Positions 10,967 through 23,790 of a stretch of 64,000 bases of DNA are shown one piece after another. Made by a program: the position numbers and the translations under genes. The stretch spans positions 1 through 64,000 of the forward strand of contig CAVPHD010000011.1 in assembly GCA_963704165.1 (NCBI GenBank). Direction: 5' to 3'. Every line of letters begins with the position of its first letter. Within the stretch, counting starts at the first letter, position 1. The notes under the pieces were generated by a model that saw only the letters and a program-made list of their open reading frames with translations, did not search any database and had not been told where the DNA came from. The stretch is from an uncultured delta proteobacterium (GTDB lineage: Bacteria; Myxococcota_A; UBA9160; SZUA-336).

Positions 10967-12052
10967 CTAGGAGAAGCTGTCCCACTCGCCGCACTGCGGG
11001 CAGCGAAAGTGCAGCGTCGCGTCCTGCGCGCCACAGCCGCGACACGCGAGGCGCCGAGGCTCCGGCGTGAGTCGCCCGAGCAGAGCTTCGAATGCCTTGC
11101 GCGCGTCATCGTCCCGCTCCTCGGTGAGGAGAATTCGCCCGATCTCCGCGTGCGCGTCGAGGCAGCCGGGATCGCGGTCGAGAAGCCTGCGCAGAAGTCC
11201 GAGCGCATCATCTACACGCTTCAGTGTCGCAAGCGTCCGCGCGAGCCAGAGCGTCGCCTCTCGATCCTCCGGCTCTGCCTCCAGCCGCTCGCGGAGCAGC
11301 ACCTCGAACCCCTTCACGTCGCCGAGCTTCGCGTGGACCTCCGAGAGGCGCTGGTACAAGAGCGTTCCGATCGCCGGATGCAGCGTGAGCGCGCGCCGGA
11401 ACGAGCCCGACGCCTTCTTGAAACTCCCCTCGCGCACGTGCTGGTCTCCGAGGGCGATGTGCGCCTCCGCGCAATCGGGATCCTGTGAGAGCGCGCGCTT
11501 GAAGGCCTTGCGCGCGTCGTCCTCCCGCTGGCGAGAAGCCGCCGCCCGCCCGAGACCCGTATACAGGTGGGCCGCGATCCTCGAAGTTTCGGGATCGCGC
11601 GCGCCGATCTGCTTGCGGACCTGCAGCGCACCTTCCCAGTCACCGCCATCGATGCGAATGCGCTCGAGCGCTCGGAGCGCCTGCAGGTTGCCGGGCTCGA
11701 GCTCGAGCAGATCCTCGAAGGCCGAAGCCGAGCGCTTCAGGAATCCACCGGCCCGGAAGTCGAGCGCGAGTCCGAGCAGCGCCTCGCGCCGGAGATCGCG
11801 CGAGACGTCGGAGCGCAGGAGCAGGTTCTGATGGATCTGGATCGCGCGGCCGATGTCGCCGCGCAGCCGGTAGAGATTCGCGAGCGCGAGGTAGACGTCC
11901 GACGAAGAGGAGTCGACTCGCGCCGCCTCGGCGAGCGCCTTCTCGGCCGCGGGTAGATCGCCGGCCAGGACGAAATGCAGTGCGCTGCGCAGCTGCGAGG
12001 CCGCGGTGCGCTCGGACGATGCGGGCGCTCTCCGGCGCAGCCACCCGCGCAC
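10967..12052 (-). CDS. lapB: LPS assembly protein B (TPR repeats + rubredoxin-like domain)
   Basis: LALANLYRLRGDIGRAIQIHQNL and C-terminal CRGC...CPQCGEW. Confidence 0.9.
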   Translation of the reverse strand: MRGWLRRRAPASSERTAASQLRSALHFVLAGDLPAAEKALAEAARVDSSSSDVYLALANLYRLRGDIGRAIQIHQNLLLRSDVSRDLRREALLGLALDFRAGGFLKRSASAFEDLLELEPGNLQALRALERIRIDGGDWEGALQVRKQIGARDPETSRIAAHLYTGLGRAAASRQREDDARKAFKRALSQDPDCAEAHIALGDQHVREGSFKKASGSFRRALTLHPAIGTLLYQRLSEVHAKLGDVKGFEVLLRERLEAEPEDREATLWLARTLATLKRVDDALGLLRRLLDRDPGCLDAHAEIGRILLTEERDDDARKAFEALLGRLTPEPRRLACRGCGAQDATLHFRCPQCGEWDSFS

Positions 12053-12053
12053 G

Positions 12054-12374
12054 CTAGCTCCTCTGTGCGCTCGTCGCCGTCGGCGACTCGCCGGCGATCG
12101 GCAGAGTGCGCAGACCGTGAACCTCGTGCTCGAGCTCCGCGACGCGTCTTGCCTGGCGGCGGACTTCGAGCTTCAGTCGGAGGATCGCCAGACCGCAGGC
12201 TGCGAGCGCGACGGAAGCGCCGGACAGCAGAGCCGCGAGCATCGACATCCAGAGCGGCTCCTCGAGCGTCGACCCGAGCAGGTGCACCGATACGGGCTCC
12301 TGATTCGCCGACACGAAGTACGCCACCGCGATCGCGAGCAGGAGCGCCAGGACCAGCGAGATCCACGCCTTCAT
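12054..12374 (-). CDS. lapA: LapA family membrane protein
   Basis: Two TM segments, NQEPVSVHL, coiled tail ending LRTLPI; lies directly upstream of lapB. Confidence 0.8.
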   Translation of the reverse strand: MKAWISLVLALLLAIAVAYFVSANQEPVSVHLLGSTLEEPLWMSMLAALLSGASVALAACGLAILRLKLEVRRQARRVAELEHEVHGLRTLPIAGESPTATSAQRS

Positions 12375-12889
12375 CGCGACGCGAGCCTCTCGAAGGCGGG
12401 CAGAAGCCTCTCGTAGGTCCGTTCGAGATGAGTCGGAATCACGCGGATCTCCCCGACCGAGGTCATGAAGTTCACGTCTCCGCTCCAGCGGGGAACGACG
12501 TGGAAGTGCAGGTGCTCCGCGAACCCCGCGCCCGCAGCCGACCCGATGTTCGCGCCGACGTTCAGCCCGTGGCAAGCATAGAGTTCTTCGAGGATCTCGG
12601 CGCTCTCCGTCACGCGCGTGATCAGCTCGCTGCGCGCGTCGGGATCGAGCTCGTGGAGCTTCGCGCGGTGCGCGTTCGGCACCACCATCAGATGGCCCGC
12701 AGAGTACGGGTAGCGGTTCAGCAAGACGAAGACGTGTCGGCCGCGGAACAGGATCAAGCGCTCCCGGTCCGAAGCCGGCTCCGCGGGCTCACAGAAGATG
12801 CAGCCACGCGGTCCGCGAACGCCTTCGATGTAATCGACGCGCCACGGCGCCCAGAGCGGTTGGCTCGGGCCACGCGAAGCTTCACTCAC
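12371..12889 (-). CDS. HIT family hydrolase
   Basis: LWAPWR, CIFC, LNRYPYSAGHLMVVP, histidine triad HLHFHVVPRW. Confidence 0.92.
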   Translation of the reverse strand: MSEASRGPSQPLWAPWRVDYIEGVRGPRGCIFCEPAEPASDRERLILFRGRHVFVLLNRYPYSAGHLMVVPNAHRAKLHELDPDARSELITRVTESAEILEELYACHGLNVGANIGSAAGAGFAEHLHFHVVPRWSGDVNFMTSVGEIRVIPTHLERTYERLLPAFERLASR

Positions 12890-12902
12890 GGAGCATCGGC
12901 CC

Positions 12903-13259
12903 TCAGCCGTGACCGCCCGAGCCCAGCGTCGGCCGAAGCGGCGACGAGGCGGGACTCCCGGTCCCGACCTCGAGCTTGCGCTTGGCCTCGATCCGCTCCT
13001 TGAGCTCTTTGCCGACCTTGAAGAAGGGCGTGCGCTTCGCGGGGATCTTGACCTCTTCACCGGTTTTCGGATTCCGGCCCTCGCGCGCTTCTCGCACCTT
13101 CACCTGGAAGCTCCCGAAGCCGCGGATCTCGATCCGGTCACCCTTTCGCAGCGCGTCGGTCATGCAATCGAAGATCGTGTTCACGACCGTCTCGGTGTCT
13201 TTCTTCGAGACGTGCGGAACCTTGACCGCCACGCGCTCGATCAAGTCGCTCTTGGTCAT
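12903..13259 (-). CDS. ihfB: Integration host factor beta subunit
   Basis: MTKSDLI, RIEIRGFGSF, GRNPKTGE, PFFKVGKELKER; follows rpsA. Confidence 0.93.
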   Translation of the reverse strand: MTKSDLIERVAVKVPHVSKKDTETVVNTIFDCMTDALRKGDRIEIRGFGSFQVKVREAREGRNPKTGEEVKIPAKRTPFFKVGKELKERIEAKRKLEVGTGSPASSPLRPTLGSGGHG

Positions 13260-13298
13260 TCCCGAGAGGTCCCCCACCCGCCTATCTCCGTCTGTTGG

Positions 13299-15038
<1,740 letters not shown>

Positions 15039-15054
15039 TACCTGCGTCGTACTC

Positions 15055-15891
15055 CTATTCGTTCCGTTCCAATCGCTCGCTGTTTTCCTGGCCGTGTCGC
15101 AGCGCTTCTTCGAGTGCTTCTCGATCTCCGCGACTCAACGCATCCAGAAGCCTTCCCAAGTTCTTCGAAAAGCGCGCTGCCTCTTCGGCGACGCGGCGGC
15201 GATTCATGAGCAAAATCTCGCACCAGAGCTTGGGGTTGGCTCGCGCGATGCGGATGAAATCACGCAGGCCCGGTCCTGCCAACCCCAGTCGATTGTCGCT
15301 CGGCAGCCCGGCTGCATAAGCGAAGGCGATCAGATGCGGCGCGTGCGAGAGAGTGGCCGCGATCGTGTCGTGCTCCTCCGGCGACATCCGAACCGTTACG
15401 GAGCCGAGACACTGCCAGAATTCCTCAATCCGGTCCACTACTTCAGGGGTCTCCCCGCCGGAGAGGGCCAGAATGCAGGGCGCCCCGACAAAAAGCCCCG
15501 GGTCCGCCGCGGAGAATCCGGTCCGATCGCCGCCCGCCATCGGATGCGCGCCGACGCAGTTCTGGGGCCAGGGAAGCTCCCCGCGCGCCAGCTCCGCCAC
15601 CGGGACCTTCACGCTCGCCAGATCGGTGAGCAGCGTCGATGCGCGCAGATGCGGCGCCGCGGCTCGAAGCGTCTCGCCCATGGCCTCGAGCGGAACGGCG
15701 AGCACGATCAGGTCCGCCCAGGCCGCCGCCTCGGCCAGCGGGACCAGCGGGATTTCACCCGCCTCGCGGAGTGCCGGATCGACGCCCCGGACGCAGCCGG
15801 CCGCTCCGCGCTCGAGCGCCGCACGCGCCGCGGAACCGCCCATCAGACCCAGACCCACGACCGCGACGCGCTCGAAGACGGGTCGCTTCAA
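15055..15891 (-). CDS. tyrA: Prephenate/arogenate dehydrogenase
   Basis: VAVVGLGLMGGS, DLASVK, HPMAG, EEHD..SHAPH, GPGLRDFIRIA; TTG start overlaps the hisC stop. Confidence 0.9.
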   Translation of the reverse strand: MKRPVFERVAVVGLGLMGGSAARAALERGAAGCVRGVDPALREAGEIPLVPLAEAAAWADLIVLAVPLEAMGETLRAAAPHLRASTLLTDLASVKVPVAELARGELPWPQNCVGAHPMAGGDRTGFSAADPGLFVGAPCILALSGGETPEVVDRIEEFWQCLGSVTVRMSPEEHDTIAATLSHAPHLIAFAYAAGLPSDNRLGLAGPGLRDFIRIARANPKLWCEILLMNRRRVAEEAARFSKNLGRLLDALSRGDREALEEALRHGQENSERLERNE

Positions 15892-16990
15892 GCGCGGAGC
15901 TCTTTCGCCAGGGTCTCGAGGAAACGCTCGTTCTCTCGGGCCGTGCCGACCGAGACGCGAAGGTGGGTGTCGAGGCCGAAGCCGCCGAGCGGCCGGGTGA
16001 TCACACCGCCGCGCAGCAGGCGATCGTTCAGGGCGTCCGCTCCGGGCCCGACCTCGACGCACAGGAAGTTGGCGTCGCTGCGCGCGAAGCGGAGACCGAG
16101 TTTGGAAAGACCCGCCTCGAGTTGAGCGAGCCCCGCGTGCGTGACGCCGCGGATCCGGTCGAGGTGCTCGGTGTCGGCGAGCGCCGCGCAGGCCGCGACC
16201 TGCGCGAGGTTGCTGACGATGAACGGGTGGCGCGCGCGCTCGAGGTACGCGCAGCAGCTCGGGATTCGCGACGGCGTAGCCGACGCGCAGACCCGCCAAC
16301 GCGTAGGCCTTCGAGAAGGTGCGCAGCACCACCAGCGTTTTGCGCTCGCGCAGCGCCGCGATGCTGTCGGGGAAGTCGCCGCGGCGGACGAACTCGATGT
16401 ACGCCTCGTCGGCCACCAGCACCACGCGTTCCGGCAGCTCCTTCAGGAGCACCGCGAACTCGGCCGCGCCGAGCGCTGTGCCGGTCGGGTTGTTCGGATT
16501 GGCGAGGAACAGGATTCGCGTGCGCGGCGTCAGCGCGGCAAGCGTCGCCTTCGACGTCCGCGCGGAGCTCGGAATCGAGCGGCACGCGGACGGCGTTGGC
16601 GCCCACGCCCTGGGTCGCGATCGGGTACATCGCGAAGCTCGGCCACGGGAACAACGCGTCGTCCCCCGGGCCGAGGAAGCACTTGGCGAGCAGCTCGAGG
16701 ATGCCGTCGGACCCGGCCGCGAAACAGATCGAGTCGCCACCCACGCCGAGCTTCGTCGCGAGCGCCGCGCGCAGGTGGAAGCAGGAGTCGTCCGGGTAGC
16801 GGTTCAGCTCCTCGGCCGCCGCGAAGATCGCCTCGATCACGCGCCGCGACGGACCGAGCGGGCTCTCGTTCGAGGCCAGCTTGATCGAACCCTCGAGCCC
16901 GAGCTCACGCTCGAGCTCGTCGACGGGTTTGCCCGGCACGTACGGCGCCAGATCGCGGATGTGCGCGTTGACGAGATCGCGGATCTTCAC
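15888..16990 (-). CDS. hisC: Histidinol-phosphate/aromatic aminotransferase, two frameshifts
   Basis: YVPGKP, KLASNESPLG, RYPD, ANPNNPTGT, DEAYIEF, PLP motif RTFSKAYALAGLRVGY. Confidence 0.92.
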
Positions 16991-18090
16991 GGCGCGGCCT
17001 CTGCCTGCGGGTAGCTGCCGAGCACCTTCACGAAGTCGCAGCGCGGGCGCAGCGCGGCGATCGCGCTCGCGACCTTCGGATCCTCGATGTGTCCCTCGAA
17101 ATCGCAGAAGAACACGTACTCCCAGGCGCGTCCGCGCGTCGGCCGCGACTCGATCCGCGTCAGGTTCACACCGCTCTGGTAGAAGGGCTCGAGCGCCTTG
17201 TAGAGCGCACCCACGACGTCGCGCTTGATCGAGAACAGGATCGAGGTGATGTCGCGCGAGCTCCGCGTCGGCGCGGCCTTGCTGATCACCAGGAAGCGCG
17301 TGGTGTTGTCGGCATGGTCCTCGATCCCGTCACTGACGACACGAAGGCCGTAGAGCTCGGCGGCGACCGGGCTCGCGATCGCGCCGATCTCCTCGCTGCG
17401 CGCCGCGAGCTCCGCCGCTTGCGCGGTCGAGTGCGTGCCCTGCTGCGGCACGTTGGGCAGGTTCAGCTCGAGCCAGGTCGCGGCACTGCGCGAGCGCCTG
17501 CGGGTGCGAGTAGACGGCGCGGATCGAGCGCAGGTCTCCCGGCTTCGAGAGCAGATCGTGGTGGATCGGCACGTGGATCTCGGCGGCGATCGTGAGCGGG
17601 GACTCGACGAACAGGTCGAGCGTGTGGCTGACGACGCCCTCGTTCGAGTTCTCGATCGGAACCACGCCGAACTCGGCCTGTCCGGACTCGACCTGGGCGA
17701 AGATCGCGTCCGTGGTTGCGGCGCGGTCGCAGGTCGGCCATCCGGCCGAACTGCTGGATCGCGGCCTGGTGCGTGTACGTCGCCGGCGGACCGAGATACG
17801 CGACGCTGACCCCGCGCTGCAGCGCGATCGAGGCCGAGATGATCTCGCGGAAGACCTTGCGGATCGCGGCGGTCGGGAACGGGCCGGCGTTCGACTTCTC
17901 GAGCCGCTCGAAGATCTCGATCTCGCGTGCCGGGCACGAACGGCGTCGCGCCCCCGATCGACTTCAACCGGCCGATCTCGGAATTCAGCCGCGCGCGATC
18001 GTTCAAGAGCGCGAGGATCCGCTGATCGATCGCGTCGATCGCATCGCGCAGCGCAGCTAGCGCCTTCTCGTTCGGACTCGGGTCGCTCAT
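16987..18090 (-). CDS. pheA: Chorismate mutase/prephenate dehydratase, frameshifted
   Basis: LRDAIDAIDQRILALLNDRA (CM domain), VPIENSNEG, SHPQALAQC, NTTRFLVI, NLTRIESRP, EYVFFCDFEGH, LGSYP. Confidence 0.93.
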   Translation of the reverse strand: MSDPSPNEKALAALRDAIDAIDQRILALLNDRARLNSEIGRLKSIGGATPFVPGTRDRDLRAAREVERRPVPDRRDPQGLPRDHLGLDRAAARGQRRVSRSAGDVHAPGRDPAVRPDGRPATAPQPRTRSSPRSSPDRPSSAWFRSRTRTRASSATRSTCSSSPRSRSPPRSTCRSTTICSRSRETCARSAPSTRTRRRSRSAATWLELNLPNVPQQGTHSTAQAAELAARSEEIGAIASPVAAELYGLRVVSDGIEDHADNTTRFLVISKAAPTRSSRDITSILFSIKRDVVGALYKALEPFYQSGVNLTRIESRPTRGRAWEYVFFCDFEGHIEDPKVASAIAALRPRCDFVKVLGSYPQAEAAP

Positions 18091-18180
18091 CGCAAGCCTT
18101 CGAGAGAGGGCCCGTTTCGGGCGGGCGCGACTATACCCCACGCTCGCCGCCGAGGGCACACCCTCCCCTATACTCCGCGG

Positions 18181-18834
18181 ATGGCGGAACCCGGCTCCAT
18201 TCTGATCGGGCTGACGGGCGGAATCGGCACCGGCAAGTCGCGGGTGGCCGAGCTCCTGCGAGCGCTCGGCGCCGCGGTCGAGTGCTCGGATGCGATCGTG
18301 CGTGAACTCCAGGCCCCGGGCGGAGCGGGCCTGGACGCGATCGTCGAGACGTTCGGTCGCGAGTATCTGACGGCCGCGGGCGAGCTCGACCGACCCAAAC
18401 TCGGCAAGCTCGTGTTCAACGATCCCGGCGCGCGGATGAAGCTGAACGTCCTGATCCACCCGCTCGTCACCCGCGAAACGCAGGCGAGGATCGAGACTCA
18501 CCGCGCGCGCGGCGTGGCGGTGATCGTCGCCGACATTCCCCTCCTGCTCGAAGGCAAGAAGTCCGGAGTCGGCAGTGGCGCGGTCCTGCCGTTCGACCGG
18601 ATCGCCCTGGTGTACGCGACGGAGGAGCAGCAGCTCGCGCGAGTGATGGCGCGCGACGGCCTCTCGCGCGAGGACGCGTTCTCGCGCATCCGCTCGCAGC
18701 TCCCGATCGAGGAGAAACGCGCGCTCGCGGACGTCGTGATCGACAACTCTGGAACCTGGGAGGCGACCGAGACACAGGTCCGCGCGTGCTACGCGCAGTG
18801 GCTCAACCTCGCGCGGAGCGCACCGCGCGGCTGA
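18181..18834 (+). CDS. coaE: Dephospho-CoA kinase
   Basis: IGLTGGIGTGKS, LDRPKLG..VF, IHPLV, DIPLLLE, ADVVIDNSG. Confidence 0.95.
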   Translation: MAEPGSILIGLTGGIGTGKSRVAELLRALGAAVECSDAIVRELQAPGGAGLDAIVETFGREYLTAAGELDRPKLGKLVFNDPGARMKLNVLIHPLVTRETQARIETHRARGVAVIVADIPLLLEGKKSGVGSGAVLPFDRIALVYATEEQQLARVMARDGLSREDAFSRIRSQLPIEEKRALADVVIDNSGTWEATETQVRACYAQWLNLARSAPRG

Positions 18835-19609
18835 GCTCCGCCACGAAGTCCCGCGCCGCGCGGATCGCGGAGTCGCGATCCGGCGACGCGTCGATCCGCG
18901 AGACCAGCGCGCTGCCGACGATCACGCCGTCGGCGATCCGCGCGACCTGTGCCGCCTGCTCGGGCGTCGACACGCCGAACCCGACACAAACGGGCGTAGC
19001 GGTCACGCGCCGGATCCGCGCGACGAGCTGTTCGAGATCGTCCGGCAGTTCGCGCCGCGCACCGGTCACGCCCGTGACCGACACGCAGTAGACGAAGCCC
19101 CGACTCGAGGCCGCGATGCGAACGGTGCGCTCGGGCGTGCTCGTCGGCGCGACCAGCAGGACGCGGTGAACACCGTGCTCGGCACAGGCGCGGGAGAGCG
19201 CCTCGGTCGCCTCGTACGGCACGTCGGCGACGATCAGCCCGTCCGCACCGGCGGCGCCCGCATCGCGGGCGAGTCGTTCCTCGCCGTGCGCGAGCACGTT
19301 GTTCAGGTACCCCATCAGCACGAGAGGAACCTCGCTGATCGAGCGTACGCGTCGCGTGAGATCGAGGATCTGCGTCAGGCTGGTTCGGTTCGCGAGCGCG
19401 CGCTGCGACGAGATCTGGATCGTCGGCCCTTCGCCGATCGGGTCGCTGTGTGGAATGCCGAGCTCGACGACGTCGGCACCGGCCGACGCGAGCTCGGGAA
19501 CAAGCTCCGCCGTCGTCGAGAGATCGGGGTCTCCCGCGGTTACGAAGACCACGAGCGCCGCGCGCTTCTCGCGTCGGGCCTTCTCGAACGCCCGGTCGAT
19601 GCGGTTCAT
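18803..19609 (-). CDS. trpA: Tryptophan synthase alpha chain
   Basis: [50 protein letters not shown]. Confidence 0.96.
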   Translation of the reverse strand: MNRIDRAFEKARREKRAALVVFVTAGDPDLSTTAELVPELASAGADVVELGIPHSDPIGEGPTIQISSQRALANRTSLTQILDLTRRVRSISEVPLVLMGYLNNVLAHGEERLARDAGAAGADGLIVADVPYEATEALSRACAEHGVHRVLLVAPTSTPERTVRIAASSRGFVYCVSVTGVTGARRELPDDLEQLVARIRRVTATPVCVGFGVSTPEQAAQVARIADGVIVGSALVSRIDASPDRDSAIRAARDFVAELSRAVRSARG

Positions 19610-21408
19610 CGCACGAGCCTGTCGCCGAGCAACCGCTTGGCTTCCATCGCGTCCTTGTCGCCGCGACCCGAGAGGTTCAGCACCACGACCGCGCCGCGCT
19701 CGAGCGTGCCCGCCCGACGTCGCAGCTCGGCGATCGCGTGTGCGCTCTCGAAGGCCGGAATGATGCCCTCGATTCGCGAGAGCCAGACGAAGGCGTCGAG
19801 CGCCTCGGCGTCCGTCACCGGCGAGTACTCGGCGCGGCCCGAGTCCTTGAAGAACGAGTGCTCCGGCCCGACTCCCGGGTAGTCGAGACCTGCGGAGATG
19901 GAGTGCGCCTCGAAGATCTGCCCCTCGTCGTCCTGCAGCACGTACGAGTAGCTACCGTGAAGCGCGCCGGGCGATCCCTCCGTGAGCGAGGCACCGTGGC
20001 GTCCTGACCCGACACCCTCGCCGCCCGCCTCTACTCCGATCATACGCACCGACGTGTCGTCGTAGAACGGCGCGAACAAGCCGAGCGCGTTGCTCCCGCC
20101 ACCGACGCACGCGATCAGCACGTCGGGCAGGCGCCCCTCCTCGGCGAGGATCTGCGCACGCGCTTCCTCACCGATCACCGCCTGGAGGTCGCGAACCAAC
20201 ATCGGGTACGGGTGCGGGCCGGCGACCGACCCGATCAGGTAGTAGGTGCTGCGCACGTTCGTCGCCCAGTCGCGAAGCGCCTCGTTCATCGCGTCCTTGA
20301 GGGTGCGGCTGCCCGAGGTCACGGCGTGGACCTTCGCTCCGAGCAGCTCCATGCGGAAGACGTTCAGCGCCTGTCGGCGCGTGTCCTCCTCGCCCATGAA
20401 CACCTCGCAATCGAGGCCGTAGCGCGCGCATGCGGTGGCCGTCGCGACGCCGTGCTGTCCGGCGCCGGTCTCGGCGATCACGCGCCTCTTGCCCATCTTC
20501 CGCGCGATCAGAGCCTGGCCGATCGCGTTGTTGATCTTGTGAGCGCCCGTGTGCGCGAGATCCTCACGCTTCAGCCAGACGCGGACACCGAGCTCCTCAC
20601 TCGCGCGCGCCGCGAAATAGAGCGGCGTGGGCCGACCGATGTACGCGCGTCGTTCCTCCGCGAGCTCCGCCCAGAATGCGGGGTCGCGCCGCAGCACCTC
20701 CCAGCTCGCGGCCAGCTCCTCGACCGCGGGCACGAGCGTCTCGGGAACGTAGCGGCCGCCGAAGCGCCCGAAGTAGCCCCGCAGGTCGGGACGCGTGCGC
20801 GCGGGCGCGGCGGAACGCACGGCTTCGACGAAGGCACGCATGCGCGCGGGATCCTTGCGACCCGGGGCCGACTCGAGGCTCGAGCTCGCATCGACACCGT
20901 ACGGTGAAGCCTGCCGGATCGCCTCGGCCACGTTCTCCGGTCGGAGGCCACCCGCGATCCAGACGCGCCGGCCGCTCGCGATGAGCGAACCGGCAAGCGT
21001 GAAGTCCCAACCGCTCCCCGACCCTCCGCCCGAGGGCGAGTCGAGCAGGATGTCGACCCCGACGTAGCGCGCGGCCGACGCGAGTGCGTGCGAATCTCCG
21101 GGGATCACCTTCAGCACCGGGAACGAGAGCGAAGCCACGTACTCGGGCGATTCGTCGCCGTGCAGCTGGACGACGTCCACGCCGACCTCACGCGCGATCC
21201 GCTCCACCTCCTCTCTGCGCGCATCGCGGAAGACCGCGAAGCGCACGGCGCGGCCCGCCATCGCGGCCGAGATCTCGCGACCCGTCGACGGGTCGATGGC
21301 GCGGGGAGTCCCCGGTACGAAGTTGAGACCGATCGCGTCGGCTCCCGCCTCGAGCGCGCGCTCCGCGTCCGCGAGGCTCGTCAGTCCGCAGATCTTCACC
21401 AGTGTCAC
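19606..21408 (-). CDS. trpFB: Fused phosphoribosylanthranilate isomerase / tryptophan synthase beta chain
   Basis: VKICGL...QLHGDE...AGGLRPENV...GVDASS (TrpF) continues without a stop into [37 protein letters not shown] and NLSGRGDKD (TrpB). Confidence 0.9.
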   Translation of the reverse strand: MTLVKICGLTSLADAERALEAGADAIGLNFVPGTPRAIDPSTGREISAAMAGRAVRFAVFRDARREEVERIAREVGVDVVQLHGDESPEYVASLSFPVLKVIPGDSHALASAARYVGVDILLDSPSGGGSGSGWDFTLAGSLIASGRRVWIAGGLRPENVAEAIRQASPYGVDASSSLESAPGRKDPARMRAFVEAVRSAAPARTRPDLRGYFGRFGGRYVPETLVPAVEELAASWEVLRRDPAFWAELAEERRAYIGRPTPLYFAARASEELGVRVWLKREDLAHTGAHKINNAIGQALIARKMGKRRVIAETGAGQHGVATATACARYGLDCEVFMGEEDTRRQALNVFRMELLGAKVHAVTSGSRTLKDAMNEALRDWATNVRSTYYLIGSVAGPHPYPMLVRDLQAVIGEEARAQILAEEGRLPDVLIACVGGGSNALGLFAPFYDDTSVRMIGVEAGGEGVGSGRHGASLTEGSPGALHGSYSYVLQDDEGQIFEAHSISAGLDYPGVGPEHSFFKDSGRAEYSPVTDAEALDAFVWLSRIEGIIPAFESAHAIAELRRRAGTLERGAVVVLNLSGRGDKDAMEAKRLLGDRLVR

Positions 21409-22184
21409 GTCACACCCCGCAGTCGGCGCAGCGCGGCGCCGGGATCCGGATCTCGCATCAGCGCCTCGCCGATCAGGAACGCCTGCACGCCGTCGGCGTC
21501 GAGTCCGCGAATCACTTCGCACGAGTCGAGACCGCTCTCGCTGATCACCGTACGGCCGCTCGCCATCGGCAAGAGCTCGCGTGTGCGGGCCACGTCGGTC
21601 TCGAACGTCGCGAGGTCGCGGTTGTTGACGCCGATCAGCTCGGCATCGAGGGCGAGCGCGTGTTCGAGCTCGGCGGCGGTGTGCACCTCGACGAGCACGT
21701 CGAGACCGGTCTCGCGCGCACACGCGAGCAGGTCGCGCAGCTCGCTCTCCGAAAGCGCGGCCACGATCAACAAGACCGCATCTGCACCGGCGGCCCGCGC
21801 CTCGAGGATCTGGATCCGGTCGATCGTGAAGTCCTTCCGAAGCACGGGCAGATCGCACGCCTCCCGCGCGCGCCGCAGATCGTCGAGATCGCCGCGGAAG
21901 AACTCGCGATCGGTCAGGACCGAGAGCGCCGCCGCACCCGCAGCCGCGTACGCCCGTGCGATCTCCGCGGGATCGGCTCCGCGCCGGATCTCGCCCTTCG
22001 AAGGCGAGGCGCGCTTGAATTCGGCGATCACGCGCGGGCGGGAACCGGAGACGAGCGCACGCGCGAAGCCACGCGTCGGAGATGCATCGCGCGCGCGCGA
22101 GCGCAGCTCTCGCTCGCCGACCGTGGCCCGTAGATCCGAGACCTCCCGTCGCTTCTGCTCGAGAATGCGGTCGAGCACGGTCAT
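21405..22184 (-). CDS. trpC: Indole-3-glycerol phosphate synthase
   Basis: [42 protein letters not shown]. Confidence 0.97.
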   Translation of the reverse strand: MTVLDRILEQKRREVSDLRATVGERELRSRARDASPTRGFARALVSGSRPRVIAEFKRASPSKGEIRRGADPAEIARAYAAAGAAALSVLTDREFFRGDLDDLRRAREACDLPVLRKDFTIDRIQILEARAAGADAVLLIVAALSESELRDLLACARETGLDVLVEVHTAAELEHALALDAELIGVNNRDLATFETDVARTRELLPMASGRTVISESGLDSCEVIRGLDADGVQAFLIGEALMRDPDPGAALRRLRGVT

Positions 22185-23194
22185 GTCGCGGACCTTCGCG
22201 TGAAGGCCACGAAGCGCTCGAGCACCGCGCTCGCTCGACCGGCGTCGAGCGACTCCCCCGCGAGCCGGACTCCCTCCCGAAGATCGCGCGCGCGCCCCGC
22301 GACGCAGAGCGCCGCCGCGGAGTTCAGGAGCACGGCGTCGCGCCTCGCGCTCTTCTCGCCGCCGAGCACGGCGCGGGCGATCCGGGCGTTCTCCGCGACA
22401 TCGCCGCCCACGATCTCAGAGCGCGGCGACGCCGGCACGAATTCACCGTGACTGACGATGAATCGCTCCGTCCGGCCGTTCGCGTACGCCGCGACGCGCG
22501 TCGGCGCCGAGATCGAGAGCTCGTCGAGGCCGTCCTCTCCGTGAACCACCCAGACACACTCGGCGCCGAGCTCGATCAGGGCCGCGAGCGTCGGCTCGAC
22601 GAGCGCCGCTGCTGCGACACCGACGAGCTGGCGGCGAACGCGCATCGGATTCGTGAGCGGCCCGAGACGATTGAAGATCGTCCGCACCCCGAGCGCCGCA
22701 CGTACCGGCGCCACGCGGGCCATCGCGGGATGGCAGGCGCGCGCGTACAGAAACCCGATTCCGATCTCGACCACCGAGCGTGCCATCCGTTCGGGCGCGA
22801 CGTCGATCGCGACCCCGAGCGCCTCGAGAAGCTCCGCACTGCCACAACGGCTCGACGCCGCGCGATTGCCGTGCTTGGCGACCGGCACGCCGGCGCCCGC
22901 GACGACCAGCGCCGACACCGTGGAGATGTTGAAGGTGTTCGCGCCGTCTCCCCCGGTGCCGCAGGTGTCGATCGCGCCCCCCGGCGCCTCGGGCAATGGC
23001 AGCGCGAGATCGCGCATCGCTTCGGCAGCTCCGACGATCTCGTCGAGCGTCTCGCCGCGTGTGCGAAGCGCCGCCAGGACCGCCGCGATCTGCACGTCGA
23101 CGAGCGCACCGGTCATGATCTCGCGCACGAGCGCTCGCATTTCGGCTCGGCTGAAGAGCTCACCGGCGAGCGCACGCTCGAGCGAGCCGGACAT
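22181..23194 (-). CDS. trpD: Anthranilate phosphoribosyltransferase
   Basis: [34 protein letters not shown]. Confidence 0.97.
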   Translation of the reverse strand: MSGSLERALAGELFSRAEMRALVREIMTGALVDVQIAAVLAALRTRGETLDEIVGAAEAMRDLALPLPEAPGGAIDTCGTGGDGANTFNISTVSALVVAGAGVPVAKHGNRAASSRCGSAELLEALGVAIDVAPERMARSVVEIGIGFLYARACHPAMARVAPVRAALGVRTIFNRLGPLTNPMRVRRQLVGVAAAALVEPTLAALIELGAECVWVVHGEDGLDELSISAPTRVAAYANGRTERFIVSHGEFVPASPRSEIVGGDVAENARIARAVLGGEKSARRDAVLLNSAAALCVAGRARDLREGVRLAGESLDAGRASAVLERFVAFTRRSAT

Positions 23195-23790
23195 CAGGCG
23201 ACCGACCTTCGGGCCGCGCCCCGCGCGATCTCCAGGAAGTTCGCGAGCAGAGCCTTGCCGTGCACGGTCAGGATCGACTCGGGATGGAACTGCACTCCGA
23301 AGACCGCGTGCTCGACGTGACGCATGCCCATGATCTCACCGTCCTCGGTCTGCGCCGTGACGATCAGCGAATCCGGCAGTCCGTCGCGCGCGACGGCGAG
23401 CGAGTGGTAGCGAGTCGCCTCGAACGGATTCGGCAGCCCAGCGAAGAGATCCGTGCCCTGATGGTGGATCCACGAGGTCTTGCCGTGCATGAGCTGCTTG
23501 GCGCGAACCACGCGCCCGCCGAAGGCCTGACCGATCGACTGATGCCCGAGGCAGACGCCGAGGATCGGGATCGTTCCGGCCCAGCGCAGAATCGCCGGCA
23601 CGCTGATTCCGGCTTCGTTCGGCGTGCACGGTCCAGGCGAGACCACGATCGCGTCGATCCCGCGCCGGCCGATCTCTTCGACGTCGATCGAATCGTTGCG
23701 CACGACGTCGGAGCTCGCACCGAGCTCTCCGAGATACTGGACGAGGTTGTAGGTGAAGGAGTCGTAGTTGTCGATCACGAGCAGGTTCAT
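23194..23790 (-). CDS. trpG: Anthranilate synthase component II (glutamine amidotransferase)
   Basis: [34 protein letters not shown]. Confidence 0.95.
   Translation of the reverse strand: MNLLVIDNYDSFTYNLVQYLGELGASSDVVRNDSIDVEEIGRRGIDAIVVSPGPCTPNEAGISVPAILRWAGTIPILGVCLGHQSIGQAFGGRVVRAKQLMHGKTSWIHHQGTDLFAGLPNPFEATRYHSLAVARDGLPDSLIVTAQTEDGEIMGMRHVEHAVFGVQFHPESILTVHGKALLANFLEIARGAARRSVA

Noticed and set aside
15055..16740. HisC-TyrA fusion ORF (561 aa)
   Set aside because: It arises from hisC frameshifts; hisC has its own TGA (15888-15890) overlapping the tyrA TTG.
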